A stretch of 64,000 nucleotides of DNA, from the NCBI GenBank assembly GCA_029573495.1, contig JAKQEI010000104.1, forward strand, positions 15,078-79,077. The letters run 5' to 3'. The notes under the pieces are model-generated. The model was not told the DNA's origin, did no database searches, and saw only the letters and a list, made by a program, of their open reading frames with translations. The DNA is from Bacteroidota bacterium. GTDB taxonomy: Bacteria; Bacteroidota; Bacteroidia; Flavobacteriales_F; PHOS-HE28. Below are positions 28,517 through 37,430 of the stretch, one piece after another (the first letter of the stretch is position 1; the number at the start of each line of letters is the position of its first letter). The translations under genes were made by a program, and so were the position numbers.

Positions 28517-29541
28517 ACCAGCGCTCCGTCCTGATCATTTACACCGGCGGGACCATCGGCATGGTCGCCGACCCACGGAGCGGCGCCCTGCACCCCATGG
28601 ACCTTTCCCACCTGGAGGAGCAGGTCCCCGAGCTCGACCGGATGAAGGTGCGTCTCGGCGCAGTGTCCTTCGACCAGCCGATCGACAGCAGCGACATGCG
28701 ACCCGCGGACTGGGTGCGTATCGCACGGATCATCGGTGAACACTACGACGCATATGATGGATTCGTCGTGCTGCACGGTAGCGACACGATGGCCTACACT
28801 GCCAGCGCGCTCAGCTTCCTGCTGGAAGGCTTGAACAAGCCGGTGGTCCTCACAGGCTCGCAACTTCCAATCGGCACCATCCGGACCGATGCGAAGGAGA
28901 ATCTCATCACCGCGATCGAAGTGGCAGCAGCTTGTGATCAGCACGGTCGCGCCGTGGTACCGGAGGTGGCCGTGTATTTCGAGTACAGCCTGTATCGGGG
29001 CAATCGCACGGTCAAGGTGCATGCCGAGCGGTTCGAGGCCTTCCGATCACCGAACCATCCGCGGCTGGCCGAGGCGGGTGTTCACCTCAAGTATGACCTC
29101 GCTGCGATACTCACCCACCGGACCACTGGCTTGAAGGTGCATGACCGGATGGACGATAACGTTGGCGTTCTGCGGTTGTTCCCGGGCATCCGTGCGGAAT
29201 GGGTGCGCCATGCGCTGGCCACACCGGGCCTGCGAGCCGTGGTGCTGACCACCTTCGGGAGCGGCAATGGTCCTACGGATAGTGGGTTCATTGAGGCACT
29301 GCGAACCGCCAGGGAGCGGGGCATCACCGTGGTGAACGTGACCCAATGCTTCGGTGGCCGGGTTGAACAAGGACGTTATGTGACAAGCCAGGCCTTTGTG
29401 GAACTCGGGGTGCTGAGCGGTGGGGATATGACCGTGGAGGCGGCTGTGGCGAAGCTGATGTTCCTGTTAGGGGAAGGACTGGATGGCCCTGCTTTGGCGC
29501 GTGCTTTCGGAACCTCTTTGTGTGGAGAGGTCAGCGGTTGA
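28513..29541 (+). CDS. ansA: L-asparaginase type I
   Basis: IYTGGTIGM, DSSDM, HGSDTMAYTAS, TGSQLP, GDMTVEAAVAKL. Confidence 0.95.
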   Translation: MNQRSVLIIYTGGTIGMVADPRSGALHPMDLSHLEEQVPELDRMKVRLGAVSFDQPIDSSDMRPADWVRIARIIGEHYDAYDGFVVLHGSDTMAYTASALSFLLEGLNKPVVLTGSQLPIGTIRTDAKENLITAIEVAAACDQHGRAVVPEVAVYFEYSLYRGNRTVKVHAERFEAFRSPNHPRLAEAGVHLKYDLAAILTHRTTGLKVHDRMDDNVGVLRLFPGIRAEWVRHALATPGLRAVVLTTFGSGNGPTDSGFIEALRTARERGITVVNVTQCFGGRVEQGRYVTSQAFVELGVLSGGDMTVEAAVAKLMFLLGEGLDGPALARAFGTSLCGEVSG

Positions 29542-29589
29542 ACGGCAATATTCCTGATGCGGGGATCACCGGGAGTAGGATCGCTAGGA

Positions 29590-29908
29590 ACGGGCTTTCC
29601 CTTTCGGGGAGGGCTTCGACCAGAAGCCTATCGCTTCGCGATCACCTTCATCCGTTCCTTCATTTCGCCCAAGCTTCGCTTGGCTCATTCGCAAACGAAT
29701 GAAGCCGCTTTGCAGCGGCTTCTGGTCGGCGGAGAGAGAGGGATTGCCCGAGACGGGCTTTCCCATTGGGGGAGGGTTTCGACCAGAAGCCTATCGCTTC
29801 GCGATCACCTTCATCCGTTCCTTCATTTCGCCCAAGCTTCGCTTGGCTCATTCGGAAACGAATGAAGCCGCTTTGCAGCGGCTTCTGGTCGGCGGAGAGA
29901 GAGGGATT
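29590..29908 (-). repeat. tRNA-linked tandem repeat: two 156-bp copies (29590-29745, 29753-29908), period 163 bp
   Basis: Copies differ at 4 positions by eye; each ends in the tRNA-Ser 3' sequence; multiple hairpins. Confidence 0.95.
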
Positions 29909-29979
29909 CGAACCCCCGTTACCCTTTCAGGTAAACACACTTTCCAGGCGTGCGCCTTAAACCACTCGGCCATCTCTCC
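29893..29979 (-). tRNA. tRNA-Ser (anticodon GGA), long variable arm, CCA not fully encoded
   Basis: Minus strand GGAGAGATGGCCGAGTGGTTTAAGGCGCACGCCTGGAAAGTGTGTTTACCTGAAAGGGTAACGGGGGTTCGAATCCCTCTCTCTCCG folds as a class II cloverleaf. Confidence 0.97.
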
Positions 29980-29989
29980 AGTGGGGCCG

Positions 29990-30045
29990 CGAAAATAGCG
30001 AAAGGCGCCGCTTCCCAACGCCTGCGACCCACTTGCCTACCTTTG
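29990..30045. promoter_or_regulatory. Divergent promoters for tRNA-Ser and dusB
   Basis: TATTTTCG on the minus strand (29990-29997) and TACCTTTG on the plus strand (30038-30045). Confidence 0.7.
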
Positions 30046-30058
30046 CGAGCCTTTCGCC

Positions 30059-31051
30059 ATGGTCCGGATAGGTCCCATCGAACTCCCGGAGTTCCCACTC
30101 CTGCTCGCACCCATGGAAGATGTGAGCGATCCGCCTTTCCGGGCCTTGTGCAAGAAGCATGGAGCCGACCTGATGTTCACCGAGTTCATCAGCAGTGAGG
30201 GGCTCATCCGCCAGGCCGTCAAGGGCCTCAAGAAACTGGACATCTTCGAGGCGGAGCGTCCCATCGGTATCCAGCTCTTCGGCGGTAGCGAGGATGCCAT
30301 GGAGGAGGCTGCGCGCATCGCCGAAGCAGCGCGGCCGGACCTCATCGATATCAACTACGGCTGCCCGGTACACAAGGTGGTTAGCAAGGGTGCCGGGGCC
30401 TGCCTGCTTCAGGATGTGGACAAGATGGTGCGCTTGACGGAGAAGGTGGTGAAGGCGGTTAAGTTGCCGGTCACTGTGAAGACGCGCCTGGGCTGGAACG
30501 AGGCGACCAAGAACATCATGGAAGTGGCAGAGCGCCTGCAGGATGTGGGGATCAAGGCATTGAGCATCCATGGACGTACGAGGGCCCAGCTCTACAAAGG
30601 ACCTGCTGATTGGACCTTGATCGGTGAGGTCAAGAACAATCCACGCATCCGCATACCCATCTTCGGTAACGGCGATATCGATTCACCGGAGAAGGCCGTG
30701 GAGTATCGGGACCGCTATGGTGTGGACGGCGTGATGATCGGACGTGCGACCATCGGCCATCCGTTCATATTCAACGAGATCAAGCACTTCATCCGCTCCG
30801 GCCAGCGCCTGCCGCAGCCTTCGATAACCGACCGCGTGGAAGCGGCACGTGAACACCTCCGCAGTTCCCTGGCTTGGAAGGGCCCTTGGGAAGGGGTGGT
30901 GGAGATGCGCAGGCATTATGGCAATTACCTGAAGGGTCTCCCGAACGTGAAGGATGTTCGCCTCCGCCTCTGCACGGAACGGGAACCCGCGATCCTGGAA
31001 GAGATCCTGGACGAAGTAAAAGCGACCTACGAACTGGCTTCGGTGGCCTGA
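30059..31051 (+). CDS. dusB: tRNA-dihydrouridine synthase B
   Basis: LAPMEDVSD, DINYGCP, TVKTRLGW, IHGRTR, GNGDI, VMIGR. Confidence 0.95.
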   Translation: MVRIGPIELPEFPLLLAPMEDVSDPPFRALCKKHGADLMFTEFISSEGLIRQAVKGLKKLDIFEAERPIGIQLFGGSEDAMEEAARIAEAARPDLIDINYGCPVHKVVSKGAGACLLQDVDKMVRLTEKVVKAVKLPVTVKTRLGWNEATKNIMEVAERLQDVGIKALSIHGRTRAQLYKGPADWTLIGEVKNNPRIRIPIFGNGDIDSPEKAVEYRDRYGVDGVMIGRATIGHPFIFNEIKHFIRSGQRLPQPSITDRVEAAREHLRSSLAWKGPWEGVVEMRRHYGNYLKGLPNVKDVRLRLCTEREPAILEEILDEVKATYELASVA

Positions 31052-31061
31052 ACTGCACCGG

Positions 31062-32312
31062 CTAAGGTCCGGTGGTCGTCTTCGCGCTTTCCAGGAAGCG
31101 CTTGCTGAGCGCCCGTAGCGGGATCCAAGCCGCCACAAGACCAATGGCCAGGACCATGAGCGCGATCAACACCAGGTCGGTTCCAAGGACGTTCACGGGA
31201 TAGGCTTCCACGACCGAATCGCTGAGCTGAACGAAGCCGAAGTGCTCCTGCGCCAGGCAGATGCCCAGTCCGAGCAACAGCCCGATGATGACCCCGACCA
31301 CGACGATCAGCAGTCCTTCATGGAAGAAGATGCGCCGGATCATCGCCGGGGTGGCACCCATGGCGGCGAGCGTGCCCATGTCGCGGCGCTTCTCGATCAT
31401 CATCATGGTGAGCGAGGCGATGATGTTGAACGCACCGATGAGGCCGATGAAACTGAGCACCACGAACGTGAAGAGCTTCTCGCTCGCGTTGGTCTGGTAC
31501 ATCAGCGCATTCTTCTGGTGGCGCGTCTTCACGGTGAATGCCGGACCGAGCTGCGCGCGCAGCCCATCGGCCACGCGGTCCATCTGCTTCTTGTCGTCCA
31601 GCTCGATCTCCAGCGCCGTTACCGCACTGTCGTAATTCAGTAGTTCCGCAGCGGTGTTCAGCGGCACCAGCATGTACTTCGAATCGAAATCGAGGTTGAT
31701 GGTGAACGCCCCGCGCACGGCCATGGCCACCGTCTCGAAGGCCCGCTGCTGGTACTTGCTCAGTTTGCGGCCGCGGATCGGCGCACTGATCTCCAGGGCT
31801 TGGAACACACCATCGTCCAGCGGCACACCGAGGTCCACCTTCAGGCCGATGCCCAGCAGCACGGCGGGGCCGGAGAGGCCCGTGAACGTGGGCTTGCCGC
31901 TGTACATGTACTGCTGCATCCGGCTCATGTGCAGGTACTGCGGCTCCACGCCCTTCATGGTGGCCACCCGCCGCTGGTCACCGCTGCGCAGCAGCACGTT
32001 CTCCTCGATCACCCAGCTCGTGTTGCGCACGCCCGGCTGTGCGAGGATGTGGTCAAGGTCCACCGATCCGCGCTCGAAGGTCTTGCCCTCCGCAGCGGTG
32101 ATGGTGATGTCCTGATCGAACGGGCTGTAGATGGAATCCACCAGGTCCGAGATCCCGTTCAGCGTGCTCAACACCACCACCATCGCCGCCGTCACCACCG
32201 CGATCACCACGATGCTGATGGCCGTGATGATATTGATGGCGTTGGTACTCCGCCCCGCCGTGTTGCGGCGCGCGAAGAGGTAGCGGCGGGCGAAGAGGAG
32301 CGGGAGGTTCAT
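31062..32312 (-). CDS. ABC transporter permease, LolC/E-FtsX family
   Basis: FARRYLF, NAINII, large periplasmic loop, FNIIASLTMMMIEK...IFFHEG. Confidence 0.9.
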   Translation of the reverse strand: MNLPLLFARRYLFARRNTAGRSTNAINIITAISIVVIAVVTAAMVVVLSTLNGISDLVDSIYSPFDQDITITAAEGKTFERGSVDLDHILAQPGVRNTSWVIEENVLLRSGDQRRVATMKGVEPQYLHMSRMQQYMYSGKPTFTGLSGPAVLLGIGLKVDLGVPLDDGVFQALEISAPIRGRKLSKYQQRAFETVAMAVRGAFTINLDFDSKYMLVPLNTAAELLNYDSAVTALEIELDDKKQMDRVADGLRAQLGPAFTVKTRHQKNALMYQTNASEKLFTFVVLSFIGLIGAFNIIASLTMMMIEKRRDMGTLAAMGATPAMIRRIFFHEGLLIVVVGVIIGLLLGLGICLAQEHFGFVQLSDSVVEAYPVNVLGTDLVLIALMVLAIGLVAAWIPLRALSKRFLESAKTTTGP

Positions 32313-32322
32313 GGCGGGTGCC

Positions 32323-32362
32323 CATGTGACCATGTGCGCATGTGTTCATGTGCCCATGGTCG
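32323..32362. repeat. Five tandem 8-bp CATGTGnn units
   Basis: catgtgac/catgtgcg/catgtgtt/catgtgcc/catggtcg. Confidence 0.85.
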
Positions 32363-32503
32363 CGGGTACGAAGATCCGCTTTCCAAGGGATGCCCTGACG
32401 ATACCTCGGATACGATGCCCTGCCCTGCTGCACAGTCGGATCCATGCCTTTCCGTATCCTCGCATGATCCTTCATGCCGGTGATGAAGGATGCCGTTGCT
32501 GCC

Positions 32504-33775
32504 ATGGACATCCAGATCGTTCTTCGGATCGTGCTGCCGCTCGCGTTCCTATTGGCTGCGCTCACCCTCCTCGTTGTGATGCACGCCGATTGCCGATGGG
32601 CTGTGAGCGTCGGCACCGGACCATTCATGCGTCGCACCGCCGCAGCCATGGATGCCGCTGACGCGCTGCTGGAACGTTGGTACGCACGGGTGGGCGGGTG
32701 GATGGGTTCGCTCATCATCGCGCTGCTCCTGCTCCTGATCGCATTCGTTCATGTGAAGGGTGGTTTTCGGATGCAGCATTATGGCGAAGAGTATGGCTAC
32801 CTGTCCATGGCCCCGTTCGATCTTGGAACGCCCAGTTTGGTCCGAAACCGGATCCTCGCCCCCCTCATCGGCTGGCTGCTGCACCTGCGCGGCCCGCTCT
32901 TTATCTGGGTCCCCTGGCTGTTCCTGCTCGGCTTCCTGGCCATGGTGAATGTGTGGCTCCGAAGGGCCGGGGCCTCCTCACTCCTGGCGTTCGCGGGCAT
33001 GCTGGCCGTGGCGTTCTCGTCGGTCACGCTGCACTCGCTGGTGGCCCCCGGCTTCGTGGATGCGGTCAGTTACTTCTTGATCGGCATGGCCTTCACGCAC
33101 ATCCGGCGCACGTTCCCATCGTGCCTGTGCATGGCGCTGGCACTGACCGCACACGAGGTCGCGATCTTCTTAGTGCCCGCCTGGCTGCTGGCCTCGACAT
33201 CTGCGGCCACCGACTGGCGGCCTGTTCTAAAGCGGGTGGCCGTGCTAGCGGGGCTGTTGCTGCCCTACGCCGGTTACCGCTGGTGGGTGGCCCAGCATGA
33301 TGACACCCTGCTGTCCGTGGCGTTCTATTTCAGCCCACGGAACCTGCTCGCCTGCCGCGAGGTGGGCCTGTTGGCTACGGCTGCGGGCACTTTTGCGGTC
33401 TTCCGCCTTCACTGGGTGTTGCTGGCCGTGCTATTGGTCATGGGCGGGCTGCGCGACAAGCACCTCCAGTGGGTACTGTTCCTCACGGCCACGGTCTGCC
33501 TCAGCCTGTTCATCGCATGGGATACCACCCGCATGGTCTGCTGGGCATTCCCCTTCATGGTCATCGGCGTAGTGGTGCTGGGCGAACGCGTGGGACAGAA
33601 GCGGGCTGCGGCGCTGCTGCTCCTGGCCTGGTCGCTGAACTTCGCGATACCACCATACACCACCACGGGTGCGGAGTCGTACCGGCTGCGCGAGATACGC
33701 GACTTCCTGGATGCGGCTGCGGCTGCCGGAGAGCCGATCATCGATGAGCGGAACGGGATGTACGAGGAGCGTTGA
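32504..33775 (+). CDS. Hypothetical polytopic membrane protein (start uncertain, 32474-32504)
   Basis: More than 10 hydrophobic segments; loop motifs RNRILAP, GFVD, HE, WDTTRM. Confidence 0.7.
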   Translation: MDIQIVLRIVLPLAFLLAALTLLVVMHADCRWAVSVGTGPFMRRTAAAMDAADALLERWYARVGGWMGSLIIALLLLLIAFVHVKGGFRMQHYGEEYGYLSMAPFDLGTPSLVRNRILAPLIGWLLHLRGPLFIWVPWLFLLGFLAMVNVWLRRAGASSLLAFAGMLAVAFSSVTLHSLVAPGFVDAVSYFLIGMAFTHIRRTFPSCLCMALALTAHEVAIFLVPAWLLASTSAATDWRPVLKRVAVLAGLLLPYAGYRWWVAQHDDTLLSVAFYFSPRNLLACREVGLLATAAGTFAVFRLHWVLLAVLLVMGGLRDKHLQWVLFLTATVCLSLFIAWDTTRMVCWAFPFMVIGVVVLGERVGQKRAAALLLLAWSLNFAIPPYTTTGAESYRLREIRDFLDAAAAAGEPIIDERNGMYEER

Positions 33776-33802
33776 AGGGATCCGGGGTGCCTCTGCGCGC
33801 CT

Positions 33803-34156
33803 TCACTCGCAATGCTCCATCTCCAGCACGAAGTACCCCTGTTCACGGATGTCCTTCTCCCACCTCGGTTGCAGGGCGCGCACGTGGCAGAAGCGGCACT
33901 CCTTCGCGGTGAGGGGCTGGCCCGCCTCGCCCTTGGTGGCCAGGTAGGCGCGGCCGTAGCCGTGGATCACGGCCGTATCGCGCATACTGCTGGGGGCGAT
34001 GATGTCGAAGTGCATCACCCGGCCGTCCTTGCGGGGTACGTAGGTGTCCCATACGGCCACTTCCATGGTATTCTTGGTGTCGGTCATGATGCGTTGCTGG
34101 GCTTGGCCTGCCGATGCGACCAGCAGGGCGGTAGTGAGGATGAGGGGGCGGAGCAT
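33803..34156 (-). CDS. DUF2024-like protein with N-terminal signal peptide
   Basis: VAVWDTYV..KDGRVMHFDII, ECRFCH, GYFVLEMEHC; leader MLRPLILTTALLVASAGQAQ; TAACTTTG box at 34177-34184. Confidence 0.8.
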   Translation of the reverse strand: MLRPLILTTALLVASAGQAQQRIMTDTKNTMEVAVWDTYVPRKDGRVMHFDIIAPSSMRDTAVIHGYGRAYLATKGEAGQPLTAKECRFCHVRALQPRWEKDIREQGYFVLEMEHCE

Positions 34157-34242
34157 GGGCAGGGGTTGCGAGGGAACAAAGTTAGGAAGCCGAACTATAT
34201 GGGACAAGCCGCTCCTTGGCTTGCGGCCGGTAGCACAGGCCC

Positions 34243-35061
34243 TCACCTCCACGCCTTCACCACCAACCCCGTCCCGGTCTTGTGCATCATCCGCACATCG
34301 GCCATGTTCAGCACAAAGGCGATGGGATAGGCGATCAGGTAGTAGAACGGCAGCACGATGAAGAACAGCTTGCTGGCCTGAAGCATCAGCAGCGGCCACT
34401 TCATGCTGAGTTTCCAGCTGATCTTGCCGGGCGCGCCATAGCTGTATCGCGCTTCCACTTTGCTGAAGCCGTTGCGCAGGCACTTCGTGCGGATGTCGTC
34501 GATGTTGTAACCGTCGCGCACGTGTTCCTCGATGAAGGAACCCTCGCCCTGTTCATGCACGTCGCTGCCGCCCTGATCGCTCGGCGTGCTGATGATGAGC
34601 ATACCACCTTCCTTCAGCGATGTGCTGTAACAACGCAGGGCGGCTTCATCTTCAAGGATGTGCTCCATCACGTCCACGCACACCACCAGGTCGAAGGCGC
34701 CGGGCCGCTGGAACTTGGTCACGTCGCCCACCTCGAACTTCACCTGCGGACGGCCGATGCGTTGGAAGAAGGCATTGCAGTCGGCCACCTGTTCATCCTT
34801 CACGTCGATGGCGGTGATGCTGGCCTGTGGCAGTTTGCCGCTGAGCCAGTAGGTGTACTGCCCGAAGCCCGCACCGGCATCGTAGATGGCCTGCACAGGA
34901 CGGCCGGAAGCCTGGCGTTCGCCGATCCACTTCCGCAGTTCGCGCTGGATGTGCCAGCAGCGCAGCAGCAGCAGGTCCAGCAGCTTGTAGAACAGCTTGC
35001 GCAGGAACGGCGTGCGGTTGAATACCACGCCTAACCGGCGTTTCACGGGATCGTATTGCAT
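34243..35061 (-). CDS. Class I SAM-dependent methyltransferase
   Basis: YDAGAGFGQY, FDLVVCVDVMEHI, GGMLIISTP. Confidence 0.9.
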   Translation of the reverse strand: MQYDPVKRRLGVVFNRTPFLRKLFYKLLDLLLLRCWHIQRELRKWIGERQASGRPVQAIYDAGAGFGQYTYWLSGKLPQASITAIDVKDEQVADCNAFFQRIGRPQVKFEVGDVTKFQRPGAFDLVVCVDVMEHILEDEAALRCYSTSLKEGGMLIISTPSDQGGSDVHEQGEGSFIEEHVRDGYNIDDIRTKCLRNGFSKVEARYSYGAPGKISWKLSMKWPLLMLQASKLFFIVLPFYYLIAYPIAFVLNMADVRMMHKTGTGLVVKAWR

Positions 35062-35082
35062 ACTACTGATCTGGTATCATTG

Positions 35083-35122
35083 GTCGACCCTCCCGGCTCA
35101 TGGCCGGGATGACAGGGTCGAC
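35083..35122. repeat. REP-like nested palindrome
   Basis: GTCGACCCT/AGGGTCGAC outer arms and TCCCGGC/GCCGGGA inner arms; the minus strand reads GTCATCCCGGCCATGAGCCGGGA. Confidence 0.6.
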
Positions 35123-35166
35123 GCTACGGGTGCCATTCACGGATGTTCCAGTTGTTCACACACCGA

Positions 35167-35508
35167 TCACGCCCCTTTCAATAGTTTGTCGATCTCCTCC
35201 GCCCGGTCCAGCGAATCGTCCACGTAGAACAGCAGTTCGGGCACCACGCGCATCTGTTTGCCGATGCGCGTGCCTAACTGCCCGCGCAGCCGGTGCGACT
35301 GGGTCTTGATCACGTCCATCACGGCCTGCTTGTCCTTCACCGGGAACAGGCTAAGGAAGACCTTGGCGATGCCGAGGTCGGGGCTTACCCGCACGGCCGA
35401 TACGGTGATGAGGCCGCCGGGCAGGAAGTTCCGGCCTTCGGTGAGGAAGATGCCGGCCAGCTCCTTCTGCAGCAGGCTGTTCACCTTGTTCTGTCTTACG
35501 CTATCCAT
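35167..35508 (-). CDS. rbfA: Ribosome-binding factor A
   Basis: RQNKV, VRVSPDLGIAKVFLS, MRVVPELLFYVDDSLDRAEEID. Confidence 0.96.
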   Translation of the reverse strand: MDSVRQNKVNSLLQKELAGIFLTEGRNFLPGGLITVSAVRVSPDLGIAKVFLSLFPVKDKQAVMDVIKTQSHRLRGQLGTRIGKQMRVVPELLFYVDDSLDRAEEIDKLLKGA

Positions 35509-35560
35509 CGGGCAGCGAAGGTAGGGGGATGAAATTCCACGCACCTACCTTCGCCCTCCG

Positions 35561-37411
35561 ATGCGCAACTTCTTCCGCATTCTCCGCTATGGCAGGGCCT
35601 ACCGGCGTTATGCGGTGCTCAATGTGGTCTTCAACCTGCTGGCCACGGTCTTCCACCTGATCTCGCTGCTGCTGTTCATCCCCTTCCTGCGGCTGCTGCT
35701 GGGGCAGGTGAAACCGGTACTCGTGCGCCCCACGGAGCTCTGGACCCGCGAGGGCCTCGAAGGCACGTTCAACTGGGGCCTTACCCGCCTGATCGAGCAG
35801 AACGGCGAGATGGGGGCGTTGCTCACCATCAGCATCGCCGTGGTGGTGATCTTCCTCTTCAAGAACCTGTTCCGCTACCTCGCCGTGGTGGCCATCTGCA
35901 ACTTCCGCAACTACATCGTGCGGGATATCCGTGCTGCGGTTTACGACAAGATGCTGGAGCTTCCACTGCGCTACCACAGTGGCGAGCGCAAGGGTGACCT
36001 GCTCGCGCTGATCACCAGCGACATGCACGTGATGGAGTACAGCGTGATGTTCTATATCGAGATGGTCTTCCGCGAACCGATCGCCATCCTGCTCTTCCTG
36101 GGCACCATGATCACGATCGCTCCGCAGCTCACCTTGATCGCCTTGCTGTTGCTTCCGATCAGTGGCTTGCTCATCGGGCGCATCAGCAAGAGCCTGAAGC
36201 GCAAGAGCACCCGCGTCCAGGAGAAGAACGCCGACCTGCTGGCACGAGTGGAGGAGACCCTGACCGGCATCCGGGTGATCAAGGCCTTCAACGGCGAAGG
36301 GGATATGCGCAGGCGGTTCGCACGTGAGAACGAGATGCTCACCCGGAGCAGCATCGCGATGTTGAACCGGCAGGATATCGCCTCTCCGCTGAGCGAGACA
36401 TTGGGTGCGGCCGTGATGGCCACGATCGCCTACCTGGGCGGTTCCTATGTGCTCGGTGCCGAGCCCACGCTAACCGGCGACAGCTTCCTCGGCTTCATCA
36501 TCATCTTCTCCCAGCTGCTACCGCCGATCAAGGGCTTCTCGCAGGGCTATTCGGCGATCGTGCGGGGATCGGCGAGCGGCCAGCGGCTCTTCGATCTGCT
36601 CGCGGTGGAGAATACGGTGAAGGAACGTCCGGATGCCATGTCCATCAACGCGTTCAACGACCGCGTCGAATTCCAGGGGGTGACCTTCGCGTACGAAGCA
36701 CCACCCCGATCGGGGACAGATCATGAGCGCAGGGCGGTGCTGCAGGATATCGAACTGACCATCCCGAAGGGGAAGAGCGTGGCCCTGGTGGGAACGAGCG
36801 GCAGCGGCAAGACCACCCTCGCCGGTCTGTTGCCCCGCTTCTTCGACGTGACGGAAGGGCGGGTCCTGCTCGATGGCAACGACCTGCGCGATCTGCGGAT
36901 CAATGACATCAGGGCCTTGATGGGCATCGTGACGCAGGACAGCATCCTCTTCAACGACACGGTGGCCAACAACATCGCCTTCGGCACGCCGGGCGTTGCA
37001 CAGGCCGATATCGAGCGTGCAGCGCGCATCGCCAACGCGCACGGCTTCATTGAGCAGCTGGAGGAGGGCTACCAGACCAACATCGGCGATGGCGGGAACA
37101 GGCTGAGCGGTGGGCAGAAACAACGGCTCGCCATCGCGCGTGCGGTACTGAAGAACCCACCCATCCTCATCCTCGACGAGGCCACGAGCGCGCTGGACAC
37201 CGAAAGCGAACGCCTGGTGCAGGAGGCGCTCTTCAAGATGCTGGAAGGTCGAACTAGCCTGGTGATCGCCCACCGGTTGAGCACGATCCAGCACTGCGAC
37301 GAGATCTGCGTGATGCAGCAGGGTCGCATCATCGAACGCGGCACCCACCAGCAGTTATACGACGCGGGCGGCCAGTACCGCAAGCTCTGCGACATGCAGG
37401 CCTTCGGCTGA
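35561..37411 (+). CDS. ABC transporter, fused permease/ATPase (MsbA-like)
   Basis: TM domain plus Walker A GTSGSGKTT, LSGGQKQR, ILILDEATSALD, IAHRLST. Confidence 0.93.
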   Translation: MRNFFRILRYGRAYRRYAVLNVVFNLLATVFHLISLLLFIPFLRLLLGQVKPVLVRPTELWTREGLEGTFNWGLTRLIEQNGEMGALLTISIAVVVIFLFKNLFRYLAVVAICNFRNYIVRDIRAAVYDKMLELPLRYHSGERKGDLLALITSDMHVMEYSVMFYIEMVFREPIAILLFLGTMITIAPQLTLIALLLLPISGLLIGRISKSLKRKSTRVQEKNADLLARVEETLTGIRVIKAFNGEGDMRRRFARENEMLTRSSIAMLNRQDIASPLSETLGAAVMATIAYLGGSYVLGAEPTLTGDSFLGFIIIFSQLLPPIKGFSQGYSAIVRGSASGQRLFDLLAVENTVKERPDAMSINAFNDRVEFQGVTFAYEAPPRSGTDHERRAVLQDIELTIPKGKSVALVGTSGSGKTTLAGLLPRFFDVTEGRVLLDGNDLRDLRINDIRALMGIVTQDSILFNDTVANNIAFGTPGVAQADIERAARIANAHGFIEQLEEGYQTNIGDGGNRLSGGQKQRLAIARAVLKNPPILILDEATSALDTESERLVQEALFKMLEGRTSLVIAHRLSTIQHCDEICVMQQGRIIERGTHQQLYDAGGQYRKLCDMQAFG

Positions 37412-37430
37412 GGCGGCTACATTCACCGCG

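Noticed and set aside
29590-29908. Possible CRISPR array or integrated island at tRNA-Ser
   Set aside because: There are only two long near-identical units with no unique spacers and no cas genes. The duplicated tRNA end is only 163 bp away, with no integrase or cargo.
29557-29998. Short ORFs over the repeat and tRNA
   Set aside because: They are translations of the repeat and tRNA, with no coding signature.
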